Source of the DNA: Amphiscolops sp. MND2022
Taxonomy: Eukaryota
Direction: 5' to 3'
NCBI GenBank assembly: GCA_964187785.1
Contig: OZ076409.1
Coordinates: 43,154,001-43,218,000 of the forward strand
DNA: 64,000 bases
Shown here: positions 1 through 13,214 of the stretch, piece by piece
Layout: every line of letters starts with the position of its first letter
How positions within the stretch are numbered: the first letter of the stretch is position 1
Notes under the pieces: generated by a model
Seen by the model: the letters and a program-made list of their open reading frames with translations, nothing else
Told to the model about the DNA's origin: nothing
Database searches by the model: none
Translations under genes and position numbers: made by a program

Positions 1-1124
1 ATTTCTGAAAACAATAACGTCTAGTTACTCAGTATGTTTTTTTCAGTTGAATTTTTGGAATGAAATTGTTGGTTTAAAAAGCAAAAAATAAGAAGACAAC
101 AACCGGCAGATACATTTTTGGAGACATAGAGAGATATTTACAGCTTCTATTCCATCATCAATTGACCTGATGGCTGCAACCATGGTACTGTAGCTTCTTC
201 TGGGTAAATGGTATCGAGAAATGTACCGTTTTTCAATGTCAAAACCGGGCCAGTCGCAGACCTGGCGTTTTTCGGTATTTGACTTTTTCTTCTTTTTTCA
301 CAACTTCAGACTGTATTTAGCATTGGGATTTCATTTTTTGAAAAACTTACGTGGATACTGGTATTCACAGTTCAACAACAAAACATTTGCGAACAGATTT
401 TTCTTTTGAGTTGACAGCAGTGATCTTATTGTGTGATCTTATAAGTTTTTCTTACTGTTTTTACTTCAGACTAGTTCCGAAAATAAGTACAAAGAAAATC
501 AGCCGAATCAATATTGAAAAAGCTTAATGACAACTACTCAAAAATCATCCAACATCAATAGTTCACAGTATAAACCTTTTGTTGCTTATACGCTTATCAT
601 ATCTTTTTTTACCTTGTTTGGAATTCTCATTAGCTTCAAGACACGCGGTGCCTATAAATGTCCCCAAATGATCCCGGATCATTAAAGCTCATCATTAAAG
701 AATATGTTGTTTTTACCCTATCAGGCGTGATTTTTTGTTTCATGTTCCACTTCGTTTCTAGTTTGTCTCAAGACAAATAGTGGGAAAAAGTGTTGAAAAA
801 ATGCTTATTGCTTCTTGCACCGCGCTGATGACTCTATACATACCCCAAATGAAAAATTGATTACAATTTCAGCTTTGTTCAATTTCCCTGGAAATAATCC
901 ATGTGAAATCAAGGACCTCCACAGCAGGGAAACTATAATTAAATTAAGGTTTACAAAATACTATCAAACAGAAATTTCACAAGATCTGTTGTTTCTCCAA
1001 AAACACATTTTCACTGATATAAGGCATTGCTTGAATAAGACTCTACTGTTAATTATAGACACTACAAAAAACTGTATAACATTTATTTGGGCCTTCCTAA
1101 TATGAGACACTCCTCCTAACTTTA

Positions 1125-1750
1125 CTGTGCATCTGCAAGCTAAATCGCTACAATCACATTTATGTGAGTGTAGGCCCTCTGCTTCCGCAGACATGTCTCA
1201 AAGCGTGTGAATTTAGCAAATCAGCACTGATTTTGCGGAAACCACGCAACGAAAATGGCGGTTTTTGGAATTCGAGGGGTTGTAATATTGGCCGGTTTCA
1301 TTTTTGGGAAACTGGGACCAAGAATATGCCATCAATATGCCGAGAAATTCGTGTCTGGGATTCCACAAAAAGCATTTTAGCCTATCATATACCTGTAAAT
1401 TTAAACGCGTCAGTTTTCGCTCACATTTAATTAGCCGCATTTAAATTTAATGAGCCAAAAAGAAAACATAAATTCAATAACCACAAACAAGTCCCAACTA
1501 ATGTCACACTTTCCGAAAAATTGTCCGCTTTTCTTTCTTTCATCTTTATATAGGTGGTGTGTTTCTTTCAATTCTTCTCTACACTGTACTATAGTAGAAT
1601 ATAATTATGCTATAGTGAAATACAATAGGGATACACTACAATTTTACCACTCGGAATAAATTTGAATATATGTATATATATTTTGAAACAATTAGAGTGG
1701 AAATAGAGAGATTTTGAGTCCACTTTGAGTCGACTTGCGAAGCTTCTTAA
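1125..1750 (+). mobile_element. Partial Tc1/mariner-like non-autonomous element (same family as 20463-21448)
   Basis: Starts ta|CTGTGCATCTGCAAGC, a variant of the CAGTGCAnAGnCAAGC TIR. Colinear with 20463-21100 over ~600 bp (e.g. aagctaaatcgctaca, gcactgattttgcggaaa, aaacaagtccca). No right TIR seen. Confidence 0.6.
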
Positions 1751-2443
1751 CCGAGGAAAAGATTTCACTTAGGTAATAACAGAAATGACTCCCAAAATGG
1801 TATCATTACAGCGTTCCATTTTCTGTTTAAACTTTAGTTTCAACGGGAATAATTTTGAAAAGCTTATTGAATTACTTGGAATAGAAATGAAAGATTTTGG
1901 GGGGCATGTGTTCTTTCCATCCCCCCTTTCCAACTTTACTGCCCCCCCCCCCAGGTACACCTTGTTGCTGATTCCCCATCGACCACCCCCAACACGAAAG
2001 CACCTTGTCCAAATGTAAGACAACCTCTCAATTTTTATCGCTTGCCCCTATATGACACCCCCTAAAACGGTCAATTGTTATCACCGCCACAACCACAGGG
2101 CATGATCGTGAAAGAATGAGATTAATTAACTATCGAAAGTCCATTTCTTTTTGATATTCAGTCGGTTTTCCCTTCATTTTAGTAATAACGGAAGTCATTA
2201 AGGAAGGAGTTGAATACGGATTGCCTTACTATCTTTAAGGTTGACTATAAAATTTGAAAATTGATCTGAAATTGCTTCAAAAATTTCAGAAGATTTTCGA
2301 CAAATTGTGAAAAGTAGGGCACGCCGAATTTAGAAAGCTCCCTTTTATAACACGTGATTTGCCACTTTGAAGTAATTTAAAATATTAGGTATGCTTTCTA
2401 AGAAAACCCCAATACTGGTATATACGCAACAATGTATAGACTA

Positions 2444-3097
2444 ACAAGCCCGGAGCGGCCTGCGACGCCCCGCTCGAGTATTAAAAAAACAAGTCTCAAA
2501 TTATGCAAAGGACACTATCCCCGAACGCATAAGACTCAAAAATGTTTTACTTTTTTTGCTCAAACTAGAAACAACGAAAAGACCATTTTTGGAAAATTAT
2601 TTTTATTCGAAAAAATATCTCAAGTGCCAAAAAGGTAGCTTTAAGCTCGCAAAACGTTTTTTTTTCAAGCCGAAAGCATTTATTAAAGTCAAGGGTACAC
2701 TTTGAACAACGAAAATCGTTTTCGAAGTCGTACGCTGACAAAAAATTCTAAAGGGGGACCTTTGGTCTACCCCTATCTTTGCAAACATGGAAAATTTTTG
2801 GTTTAATGTGAGACCCACGTGCTTCTGCTTCTCACACCCCGTAAAAAGTTTGGATATAGCGTGTCGGGACAAATGGGAGCATGTTTTTCGAACCTCTGCC
2901 TCCTCCCTCAGTTAAATGCAATATAGTTCGGAAATAACCCCAAAAAAATGGATATAGAGCAATATTTTCGAACCCACGCCTCTTCTTCAGTGAAACGCTA
3001 CTTATTTTCGATGTAACGTCAAAAATTCGGATATAGCAACGAAGAAGAAAAAATAGTCACAGTAAAAATCGTGCTTCTTCTATAAAAACATGATTTG
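2444..3097 (+). mobile_element. Helentron/HINE-like non-autonomous repeat
   Basis: Begins AACAAGCCCGGAGCGGCC and carries the internal aaagggggaccttt motif shared with 21760-22245 and 22960-23497. A short terminal stem (aatcgtg...catgatt) is present. Classification is inferred from resemblance to the DINE-1-type AACAAG head. Confidence 0.4.
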
Positions 3098-5731
3098 TAA
3101 ACTTTCTTGTATGTTCGTTTAATAAACAGTAAGACTACAGAGAAATTTTACACGCAGCATGGATGCATGCAGGTTGGTTAAAAAACATTTTTTGCCGCTA
3201 GGAAGACATATCTGTAGCCCTCATTCTATCTAATTAGAAAAAATGATGCTCATTTTTCTCTGTCAAAAGCATATTTGAAACAGCTGACAAAAATGAGTTA
3301 CAAAAATAATTTAAGAAAAAAATCCACAATTTTGCCAATAAGGAATGCAGATAAAGACGAGGAGGAATTGTAACGGCAGGTATTGATAGGTTGCTTAACA
3401 CATTAGAGGTGGAGAATTAAGGACGGAAACGTATGATGTCCAGGACTGGCTGCCTTGAAGTCCTTAATCAATTTCCCTCGTAAGAATACCGGCCCCGAGA
3501 AGGGAGAACCGTCTTCTGGGAAGCTCTCCTACCTTCGTCCGGTCTTTTACTGCTATTGAATACGGGCATCTTGCTTTTTCCTCAGGACCAACATAAGGAA
3601 CGTTCGAAACGTTTCAAGAATAAGCAATATAAATTTCCATTTCCAAGGTGACATCGGAACAACGTCTAAAATTGCAAAAACTAGCTCTAGGGCAGGTAAA
3701 TACAGCTAATCACAGTGGAAATTCATCAAAGCACACATAGATATGGCAGACCACACAGCTGAAAGCCGGGGCGCAGGGGCTCCAGAAATCAAACAAGGAT
3801 GTTTAGGCAAAAAGTCTCATTTTTCCGGTTCTCGCTACATAGGATAGCAAAATGCTGAAAATCAGTAACAACCGTGTGTTAGCACCAAAAAGAGTGTGTG
3901 TTCTCTGTGTTCTCGCTCGGTCTGCTCTGGTCCTCGTTCTGCAGAGAAAGTGGGGAAACAGTTACAAGTGCAGTCACATGTCCAGTGCTACGTCACACAT
4001 CGAATTAGATTTTTGATCAAATTTATGATATGTGCAAATTCCAAAGACGACACCATACAATGGTGTACCAGAGGATGCCGTAATAAAGTTTCGAGACATG
4101 TCACGCACTTCAAAACCATCATTTCGAATCTAGTCAATTGAGAAGCAAGTAACACTGGCGAATGGCGAAACTACCAAGGAAAATTTTTGCGTGAGTAGTC
4201 ACTTATATGCCAACATGTGGCTACAGGCGTGTTTCGAGTCTGAAAGATACCTTCGTTATTTTCAGTCTATGCGGAGTGCTAACAGGTTCTTCCTGATTCT
4301 TTTCAACTTGAACCATTTTAATATCAATTTACTCACGTTTTTTCTAACAAGATGCGCCCTGAGCAATGCGAATACTTTTCGCTCTGAAGTCAAATAGATG
4401 CGGTATACTATGTCCCGAGCGTGGAGACTTCCACATTTTTCAAATCATTTCACGCATTGTATTTAAAGACAAAGAGAATGTTTCCTCAAATACCATATGA
4501 TTAGTGGACAACTTTTGGTATTGAACTCCATTGATATTCAAACTACAGAAACAATACTACAAATAAAAACCGATACAGTGAAGGTTATCAAAAAAGCACG
4601 AAACGTTCAATGTAGACACTTTTGGTTCCTATATAGGACATTGTGTGTTGTTTTACAGAATATCGTCAGCTTCCTCATTTTGAAAAAAAATGCTAGAGAA
4701 GAAGTAATTGTTTGTTGAAATGCTGTTGTTATTCAAAGACAGGAAAAACTGTACATCTGAATGTTCAAAAATTGTACTGAAACTGAGTAACACGTTTCAA
4801 ATTTGGAGAAAATTTGACTTTTGTGAGATTATCGCGAACTTTCCAGAAAATTTTCAACTTTCTCCTATGAAAACCTACTGAATAGTTGTTTTGACTACGT
4901 TCAATTCGCTGGATATTACAAACTACCAAAAAGTTCAAAAACTGCCATTGGTTTGTCAAAAATGAAATTTTTTGAACATTTGCGGAGATCCATTCGACGT
5001 CATTTCTGAACATTATGCGTCGAAATATCCACCAAAAAATCCAGAGCTTAGAAAAAAATTGCAACGAAGTGTCCAGAATTTAACAGAACGCATTTTGCTA
5101 GTATGCGCATTTTGCTAGTAGTATTTTGCTTGCATGTATGAAGAAATTTTTCGATAAATCAGAAAAAATTGCCGAATGAAATTTATTATCTGAATCAATG
5201 AACCTTTTGTTTTTGAAATATTTAGTTATTCAAACCTATAAAACGATCGAAAAGTGTACAGAAAGTGTAAGCTGTAACTTCCATAAGCATATTGCGATTT
5301 ACAGAAGAATTTTTCTAATTGTAATTGATCTTTGGAAAAAACTTTGAAACTTTTTGAAGTTTTCTTGAAATTTGAAACTTGAAATATTTTTTGAAGTGTT
5401 CTGTTGGTAAACCTTTTTCCGAGTCCTAAGGGTGACCTTTCGGAATATTTTCTGATTCTGTGGAACTGATGAAAGATTTGTTACCGGTTCATGAAGCAAA
5501 TAATATTTTCTGTTTTAAAATTCAAGTTGGATATTTTGTTTCAACTTGAAACTAAAAACTTTTTGACACTGGAGAATTAAATTATAGAAAGTGTTCGGAA
5601 ACTGATAAAAAGTTCAAAATACTGGACAAAACTTGAGTAGTTATTCTTTATTGGTGTCGTTGTAGGGTCTTTTTTATCCATTAACTCCTAAATGTTCGTC
5701 ATGAAAAAACATAACAGACGACTGTTCAGTT

Positions 5732-5873
5732 TGAATAAAACGGCTCATAAAGTTCTATTCGTCAAATAACTGTTCAGTATTAAAGTCAAAACCCATGTGA
5801 ACAAAGTCAACACAAGAAATCAAAATGTTTGGAAAAAAGTAGTTTGTGAGTTCGAGTTAATGAGTCATTATCA
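5732..5873 (-). repeat. 3' LTR of BEL/Pao element
   Basis: 142 bp; 9 substitutions versus 14076-14217 by manual alignment (~94% identity); immediately follows the integrase C-terminus on the minus strand. Confidence 0.95.
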
Positions 5874-8800
5874 TTCTCCGAGGGGGGGGCTTTGTTCTGG
5901 GAGGAATGTTTTTTGGGTGCACTAAGCTTAGCCTTACTGCGTGCCTAGTTACTTTTCCGAGGGCGGTTTTTAGTAAGCATGATCGAACGACTCCATCGGG
6001 CCCGGTGTGCGTCTTTTTCACGATACCCAATGGCCAGACACCTCGAGGGCAGTTGTCATTAAGGATCCACACAAGGTCTTCTCCTTTCAGCTGTGAATCG
6101 TGTTTGTTCCATTTGGGTCGTCCAATCATTTGCGGGGTAATCTCGTGTAGCAGGCGTTGCCAGAGACTATTCAAATAGCCCTGGGAGCGGCGCCAAGAAG
6201 ACTGAGCAGGCGAATCGCTCCCCCCGAAAATAGCGGCAGCAACATTTGGGCAAGGTCGATCCAATAAGAAGTGATTTCAAGTAATGGGTGTTGCATCTTT
6301 AATGTCGCTGCTGACAAGGGTTAAAGGTTGGCTCTTGAGAAGGGACTCGCATTCAACTGTGTTGGTGTCGAAAACTTCTCGCGTTAGGCGGCTGGACCGC
6401 AGAGTAATCAGGAAAGCTCGTTTAAATGGCTGAACTAAGCGTTCCCACGCGCCACCGAAATGAGGTGCACAAGGGGGATTCAGGCGCCATTGTATGCGTT
6501 GACGCGCAAGTTCTTTCCCTACAAACGTTTCATCGAATGCAAGAGGTTGACGACGAACTTCCTTCTTTGTTCCGAGGAAATTTGTTGCATTGTCACTGTA
6601 AATTATCTCTGAATCTCCTCGACATGCTACAAAACGACGAATAGCGGACATGCACGAGTCTCAGCTCAAGGAGTCTGCTACTTCGAAATGGACCGCTCTG
6701 CTCACAAGACAAGTGAAGAGGCAAACATACCGTTTTTCAGTGTTTCGTTTTTCTACAACTTCGAAAGGTCCAATGAAGTCAATACCGAGAGTTCGGAAAG
6801 GATAATGATTATTATCAGCATCTGGGAACCTGCAGGAAGGCAGACTGCTCATGTAAGGTTGTAGTCCTTGTTCGCAAAAGCGGCGACATTTAAAACAAGT
6901 GAAAGATATCGAGCGAAGGGTTGTTCTAAATCGGAAAATGTAGTGCGTTTGTTGGATGAAGTTTCGCACATGATCGATGCCAGCATGCATGCAAACCTCG
7001 TGGCAATGTTGAATGGAGAGGCGCGTGATATGTCCGTCAGAGTTCAAGATAACTGGGTGCTTTGTAGCCCATGGGAGAGACGCTTCGGTTAGACGACCGG
7101 TTGCTCGAATTAAGCCATTGTCATCTAGGAAAGGTCCAAGCGGAAGGAGTTTGTCCTTGTGACCAAGGGGTTTACCTTTTAATAATGCTTCGAGCTGCTC
7201 GGTGAACGAGGACTTTTGTGAACAACGGAAAAGATAATTTCTAGCCTTTGCGTAATGAGCCGCATTGATGGCTGTTTTTGCACGATCTTTGAAAATTTGT
7301 ATTGACTAGTACAACCTTGCAACAACTTGACCAAGTTGAGTAGTTTTTGAAGTCTAAAGATTCGAAGACTTCGGATGATGAACAAACGTTCGTTTCGTGT
7401 GACCGAGAGTTTTGGAAAACCCACTCTTTTTGTGGTAGCAGCAGGAACGGTGGAGGTGAAAGCCAGAGTTTTTCGATGTTTTCCGTTTTAATGCCGCGGA
7501 TGGCATGATCAGCTGGATTGGAGGCACCTGGTACATGATGCCACTGTTGAGATTTTGTTTTTTCTAGAATTTCTTTGATGCGATGGGATACATATGTTTT
7601 TGTTTGGAATCAGATTTGATCCAGGCGAGCACTGTTGCACTATCCGTCCAAAAGGTGACAGAACTCAGAGGAATGCGTAAACTTCACTGAATGAATTCAC
7701 TCAAGCGTACGCCGAGAACAGCGGCATCCAGTTCACGACGTGGTAAGCTCTGTTGTTTAATGGGTGCAATTTTGGAGCGGCCCACCACAAAAAAAGCCAA
7801 TATGGCTGTCGATTGTGGCATCCTGAGATAGGCTACGGTTCGGAGCGCCAATTGCGATGCGTCGGTAAATACATGAAGCTCAGTTCGCGAATTGGTAGGA
7901 AGGACTTGCATGCAACGCGGAAGAGAAACTCGATCAGATTTTGAGCTCTCGTGGAGCCATTTTTGAGTTCGTTTTTGGAATGTGATGGGCAAATTTTCGT
8001 CCCAGGAAACTCCAGTTTGCCAAACTTCCTGCAGAATAATTTTCAATGTGACGACAGCTGGTGCTACTAAGCCAAACGGGTCAAAAACGGAAGCAATCAA
8101 GGACAAAAGTTGCCGCAAGGTGAAACTTGTTTTTTCAGTAAAGTTATTCATATCGAACTTAAGGAAAAGTTTGTCTTCTTGTATATCCCAAGAAAACCCC
8201 TAAGACACGCAGTGGGTGTAATGACTGAACTGTGTGATCCTTGAGCGGACCTTGTAGGCAATTCAGGTCGTTACTAACGAACTTAGTAAGGTTGAATTCG
8301 CCTTTTTGAAGAGCCTCTTTAACTGACAAAAGATTTCGAAACGCTTCATTGGTGTTGAGGAAAGAATGAACTAAATCGTTCATGTGGAATGCGTCGTGAA
8401 TCAACTCTTTTGTGGCCTTATCGTCTGAGGCAAAATCGTCTGCTGATTGTTTCCGAGCGAATATAGCAGTGGTGGGAGAACAAGCAGCACTGAATATCAA
8501 ACGTGTGTACTGGTTTTGGCGGATCGAATTTCCAGTCAACCACAGGAAGCGAAGTGTGGCCTGGTCTTTCTCTGTAATGCTAATTTGCATAAACATGGCT
8601 TCTATATCAGCTTTAACAGCGACTGGTCGATCGCGGAAACGGAGCAGAAGGAGAAACAAGTTTTGAAGTAAGTCAGGACCTGACAAAAGGTTGTCATTTA
8701 GCGATTGTCCTCGAAAGGAAGACGCTGCATTTGCCACACGCCGAACTTTCCCAGGCTTTTTCGGGTTACACACTGGGTGATGAGGCAAATACCAAACTGT

Positions 8801-9680
8801 TTCAGGCTGAGGTTCCGCGAAGACCACTGGTTTCACATACCCTTTTTCCAAATCTGTTTGCAAAGTTTCTTGGTATTTGATTCGCAAGGTTTCATCATTG
8901 GACAAACGCGAATGTAACGACTTCAATTGAGCTTTGGCTACTGGATAGTTGTTTAGCAACTCAACCTTTTATTTCCATGTCAATCCAACTTCGTACCGCT
9001 CTCCTGTATGCCTCGTGTTCTCTTCAAGGAACTTCAATGCTTGCTGGTCTGTGATGGTGTTTTTGCTAGGAGTAGTTGATTCGGTACCAACAGAGTCAGC
9101 TAACCAAAGTCTCTGTACCATTTGAGTAAGAACGTCGTTTTCATGTGATGAGCTGTAAAATTAGTTCGGGAGGAGGAACAGGAAGTTCGCACACTCAAAG
9201 ATCCAGTGACGGTCCAACCTAGCAGTGTTCGGACTGCGTAGAGGTTCGGTTTCGGGCCTTGTAGTATTTCACGTGTTGCGATGTACTGGAATGCGTCGAT
9301 GCCCAGAAGAAGCTGGACTAAATTGTCAGGTAAACACGGAAAGGAGACATGGTTGAGGTGTGTGAATGTCTGACAAATCTCGTTTAGACGTTTCACATCT
9401 GGTGGTCTGAGATTCATCGAGTCAACTGCGTGAACGATGATCAGAGTGAACAAAGGTCGTTTGGAATTGTATGCCCCGATTTTCAGGGACACGATGCCTG
9501 CTTGCAGGAGTGACTGCTCATATATACTTGTTAGTTGAAGCTCAATTCTCCTTTTCGGTTGAATACCAAGTGTGTTCACGGTGCGATTTAGTATATAAGA
9601 TGCGGTACTACAGGTATCGAGTAAGGCGTAGCAGTCCACAAAACCTTTGTCGCCATGAACGCGTATGGGAACTGTTTGAA
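5874..9680 (-). pseudogene. pol: BEL/Pao pol (aspartic protease, RT, RNase H, integrase), frameshifted
   Basis: Protease YALLDTCSTASYI (9100-9639). RT WYLPHHPV..KPGKVRRV, SLNDNLLSGPDL, ADIEAMFMQI, with the catalytic YxDD decayed to HMNDL (8159-8959). RNase H ELHVFTDASQ, PRRELDAA (7684-8151). Integrase H..H..CxxC, GIDFIGPF, FTCLVSRAVHFE, IYSDNATNF, GGAWERLV, WPLGIV (5857-7047). Confidence 0.95.
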
Positions 9681-9859
9681 GTTGACTAGCTGCTTGATGC
9701 TTGAATCTGGTACTGGTATCGAACGCAGTTGTTGGTTCGAACTCGGAGGCCTTGTTTCCGGCAAATTTAGTGTCGCTTGAGGCAATTTTTTGGATCGGTT
9801 TGTTTTTGTGGTTAGAATCACCAGGTTTGGTGGAAGTGGACGCTGATCCTTGATTTTCA

Positions 9860-11578
9860 CGATGAAGGCTAGTGTGATGTCGTTTTCCACAGTTGGTGAC
9901 TTGACATCGAACAGTCGATTTGCAGTCTTCAACCTTGTGACGGGGTGAGAGACAATTAAAACAGAGGTTTGAGCTTCTGACAAAATTGATTCTTCCTTGG
10001 ACAAGTTTTTACAAAAAACAAGGACATTTTCCCAAATGATGTTTCTCGTTATCAATAGGGCAAGCTATGGAAGCATGTTTTTTCTTGCTTTTTCACTGGA
10101 AAGGTTGTCGATTTGGTACGAACATTTTACCCGTCGCTTTGTTTTGTAGTCTCAGGCATATATTCACAAGCTCTAGCGGTACACCGTCAACCGTTCTGAG
10201 ATGAAGCGGAAGGAAGCGCCGTTCGGGAAGCTTGTAATATTGTACTCATTCCACTTCATGTGAACAGCAGCTGGTAGCTTGGCGACGGCGGTTCCCAAAC
10301 TCGAGCGAAGATCAGAATCAAACTGTAGATTTTCGAACGTTCGAACGAGTTTGCGGAGGAAAGCGCTGAAACCTTTGAATGATGAAGGACTTGATATATG
10401 CGGTGCGGGAACTTTCTGCAGTTCGGAGATGAACGATTTTACAACATGTTTGGGATGACTAAAACGACGGCACAATTCGTCAAGAGCGGTTTTGTAGAAC
10501 AGAGGATTGCATCCGTGAAAGCCTGTAGCTTCTTTGGCTGAACCGAAAACTAGTGTTTGGAGATAGGTAAGATTTTCCATCTCGCTGAGTCGCATGTTAT
10601 TGTCGATGGCAGCCTGGAACATAGCGAACCAGTCGGGCCAAAGCATAGGATTACCATCAAAGCGGTCATGTTTGATGTCTGGTAGTTTGAAAGGAGAACG
10701 TTGACAGAGCTGATGACTTGTTTGAGCGCTTGGAGCAGGTATAGTCCTGAACGCAGCTGTTGTTGTTGGAATCGGAGGATGATGGGTAGGTACAACACTA
10801 CCGACACTAAACCGTACAGCCGAAGGCCCATGTGAGTCACAGGGTTCGTGACTGGGGTGTTGAGAGAAGGTGTTTTGGGGATTAGAACCGAACAACGGTT
10901 TAAGTGGGATCTGAGGTGACGGACGTTGAATGGAGTTGTGTCGGAAATTGGAGAAGGTGTTTCCAGTATCAGCCTCAGCAAACCGAATAGTGGTTGGACG
11001 CAAAGAGTCTTCGTCAAGCATGTCCAGTTGATAGAGACTTTTCGGATTCGATGTGACGTTTTGACTTGGACGGAAACTGCTGCTATGGAAACTGGATCAA
11101 GGTTAAGAGGGGCACTAAGATCCATCGGACTGGCTACATCAGTGGGAATGGTGTATGTTGGTTCTGATTCCGATGGGGGACGAGTGTTAGAAATAGGAGC
11201 TCGGCTACTCGGACTCGAGCGTGAGCTTGAACGCGTTGGTGCGGATTTGAATTCTATTTCATGCTTTTTAACAGCTAGAAGCAAGGTGAGTTTCTTTGAC
11301 TGAAGGTCTGCAGCTGTAGCTCTCAGATCGACCAACACTAGATGATCTATGGAATCCATTCGACGAAGAACGACTTCCAAATCATCCAGTTATCGGGAAA
11401 ATTCTTCATAGAGTAGGTTACAGAGAGTCGGGTCATCCTTGCTGGTGAGAGCGTTTGTCAGCCGGGAGTCGATATCCTCAAGGACGCCTGAATGACGCTC
11501 GAACCGTTTGACCAGCTCGAAATCTTTCTTCGGCAAAGCAGTTGATTCGTTTGTCATGTTCGTTGGGGGCGATTGCAC
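9860..11578 (-). pseudogene. gag: BEL/Pao gag, frameshifted
   Basis: KLPDIKHDRFDGNPMLWPDWFAMFQAAI...LTYLQTLV (BEL gag-like, 10173-11021). A Cys/His knuckle cluster near 9870-10060 reads CPIDNEKH.., LCFNCLSPRH..C..RCQVTNCGKRHHTSLH across frameshifts. Confidence 0.85.
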
Positions 11579-11579
11579 A

Positions 11580-12990
11580 AATCACAACAGATTAGGAGAA
11601 TGGGGGAATGCCTTTTGACAGCAAACGCAAGTAGCTCAATGGCCCACGCCAACAACTCAAAAGGCAGGAACGGAATTGAGGGAATGCCTTTCGCGGGTAA
11701 ATCCAAGGTCGCTGATGGCCAACGCCAACAGCTCACGACAGACAAGGAGACTCGGGGAATGCCTAATGCCACCAAACCCAAATAAATTGATGGCCCACGC
11801 CAACAACTGAAAAGACAAGGAGATTCGGGGAGTGCCTATTGCCATCAAACCCAAGTGTGTTGAAGGCCCACGCCAACAACTCACAACAAGGAGATTGAGG
11901 GAATGCCTATTGCCAGCAAACCCGAGTGTGTTGATGGCCCACGCCAACAACTCACAACAAGAAGGAGATTGAGGGAATGCCGATGCCCAGCAAACCCAAG
12001 TGTGTTGATGGCCCACGCCAAGAACTCACAACAAGAAGGAGATTGGGGGAATACCGATGCCCAGCAAACCCGAGAGTTTCGATGGCCCACGCCAACAACT
12101 CACAACAAGAAGGAGATTGAGGGAATGCCTATTGCCAGCAAACCCGAGTGTGTTGATGGCCCACGCCAACAACTCACAACAAGAAGGAGATTGAGGGAAT
12201 GCCGATGCCCAGCAAACCCGAGTGTGTTGATGGCCCACGCCAACAATTCACAACAAGAAGGAGGTTAAGGAATGACTATTGCCAGCAGACCCGAGTGTGT
12301 TGATGGCCCACGCCAGCAACTCACAACAAGAAGGAGATTGAGGGAATGCCTATTGCAAGCAAACCCGAGCGTGTTGATGGCCCACGCCAACAATTCACAA
12401 CAAGGAGATTGAGGGAATGCCTATTGCCAGCAAACCCGAGTGTGTTGATGACCCACGCCAACAACTCACAACAAGAAGGAGATTGAGGGAATGCCGATGC
12501 CCAGCAAACCCGAGTGTGTTGATGGCCCACGCCAAGAACTCACAACAAGAAGGAGATTGGGGGAATGCCGATGCCCAGCAAACCCGAGTGTGTTGATGGC
12601 CCACGCCAACAACTCACAACAAGAAGGAGATTGGGGGAATGCCTATTGCAAGCAAACCCGAGTGTGTTGACGGCCCACGCCAACAACTCACAACAAAAAT
12701 GAGATTGAGGGAATGCCTATTGCCAGCAAACCCGAGTGTGTTGATGGCCCACGCCAACAACTCACAACAAGAAGGAGATCGAGGGAATGCCTATTGCCAG
12801 CAAACCCGAGTATGTTGATGGCCCACGCCAGCAACTCACAACAAGAAGGAGAGTGAGGGAATGACTATTGCAAGCAAACCCGAGTGTGTTGATGGCCCAC
12901 GCCAACAACTCACAACAAGAAGTAGATTGAGGGAATGCCGATGCCCAGCAAACCCGAGTGTGTTGATGGCCCACGCCAACAACTAACAAC
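11580..12990. repeat. 74-bp tandem array (~19 units) in the BEL 5' leader
   Basis: Consensus gcaaacccgagtgtgttgatggcccacgccaacaactcacaacaagaaggagattgagggaatgcctattgcca. Period measured 12138->12212 = 74. Some units are 71 bp. No unique spacers. Confidence 0.97.
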
Positions 12991-13214
12991 TGGAAGAGTT
13001 CTGAGGTAGATGAAAAGAAGACTGCTTCATAAATTCAATTTATGAAGCAGTCTTCTTTTCATCTACCTCAGAACTCTTCCAGTTGTTAGTTGTTGGCGTG
13101 GGCCATCAACACACTCGGGTTTGCTGGGCATCGGCATTCCCTCAATCTACTTCTTGTTGTGAGTTGTTGGCGTGGGCCATCAACACACTCGGGTTTGCTT
13201 GCAATAGTCATTCC
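12858..13214. repeat. Perfect palindrome, 178-bp arms, 1-nt loop (C13036)
   Basis: Centre ctgcttcataaatt-c-aatttatgaagcag. The right arm reproduces private variants of the last array units (gaagtagattg/caatctacttc; ggaatgactattgc/gcaatagtcattcc). Confidence 0.97.

Noticed and set aside
4134..4397. GPCR TM3 exon (WLQACFESERY)
   Set aside because: Not called as a feature: the Cys-to-Arg spacing is 19 rather than ~25, there is a charged residue within the putative helix, and exon boundaries are unclear.
221..5499. Short 60-100-aa ORFs in the AT-rich left end (and similar ones throughout the window)
   Set aside because: No recognisable domains, mostly non-ATG starts, and composition matches noncoding AT-rich DNA.
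11554..12989. Repetitive ORFs on both strands of the array
   Set aside because: The 74-bp period is not a multiple of 3, so frames shift every unit; these are by-products of the repeat.
11580..12990. CRISPR-like array
   Set aside because: Units are contiguous with no unique spacers, there are no cas genes, and the context is a eukaryotic retrotransposon leader.
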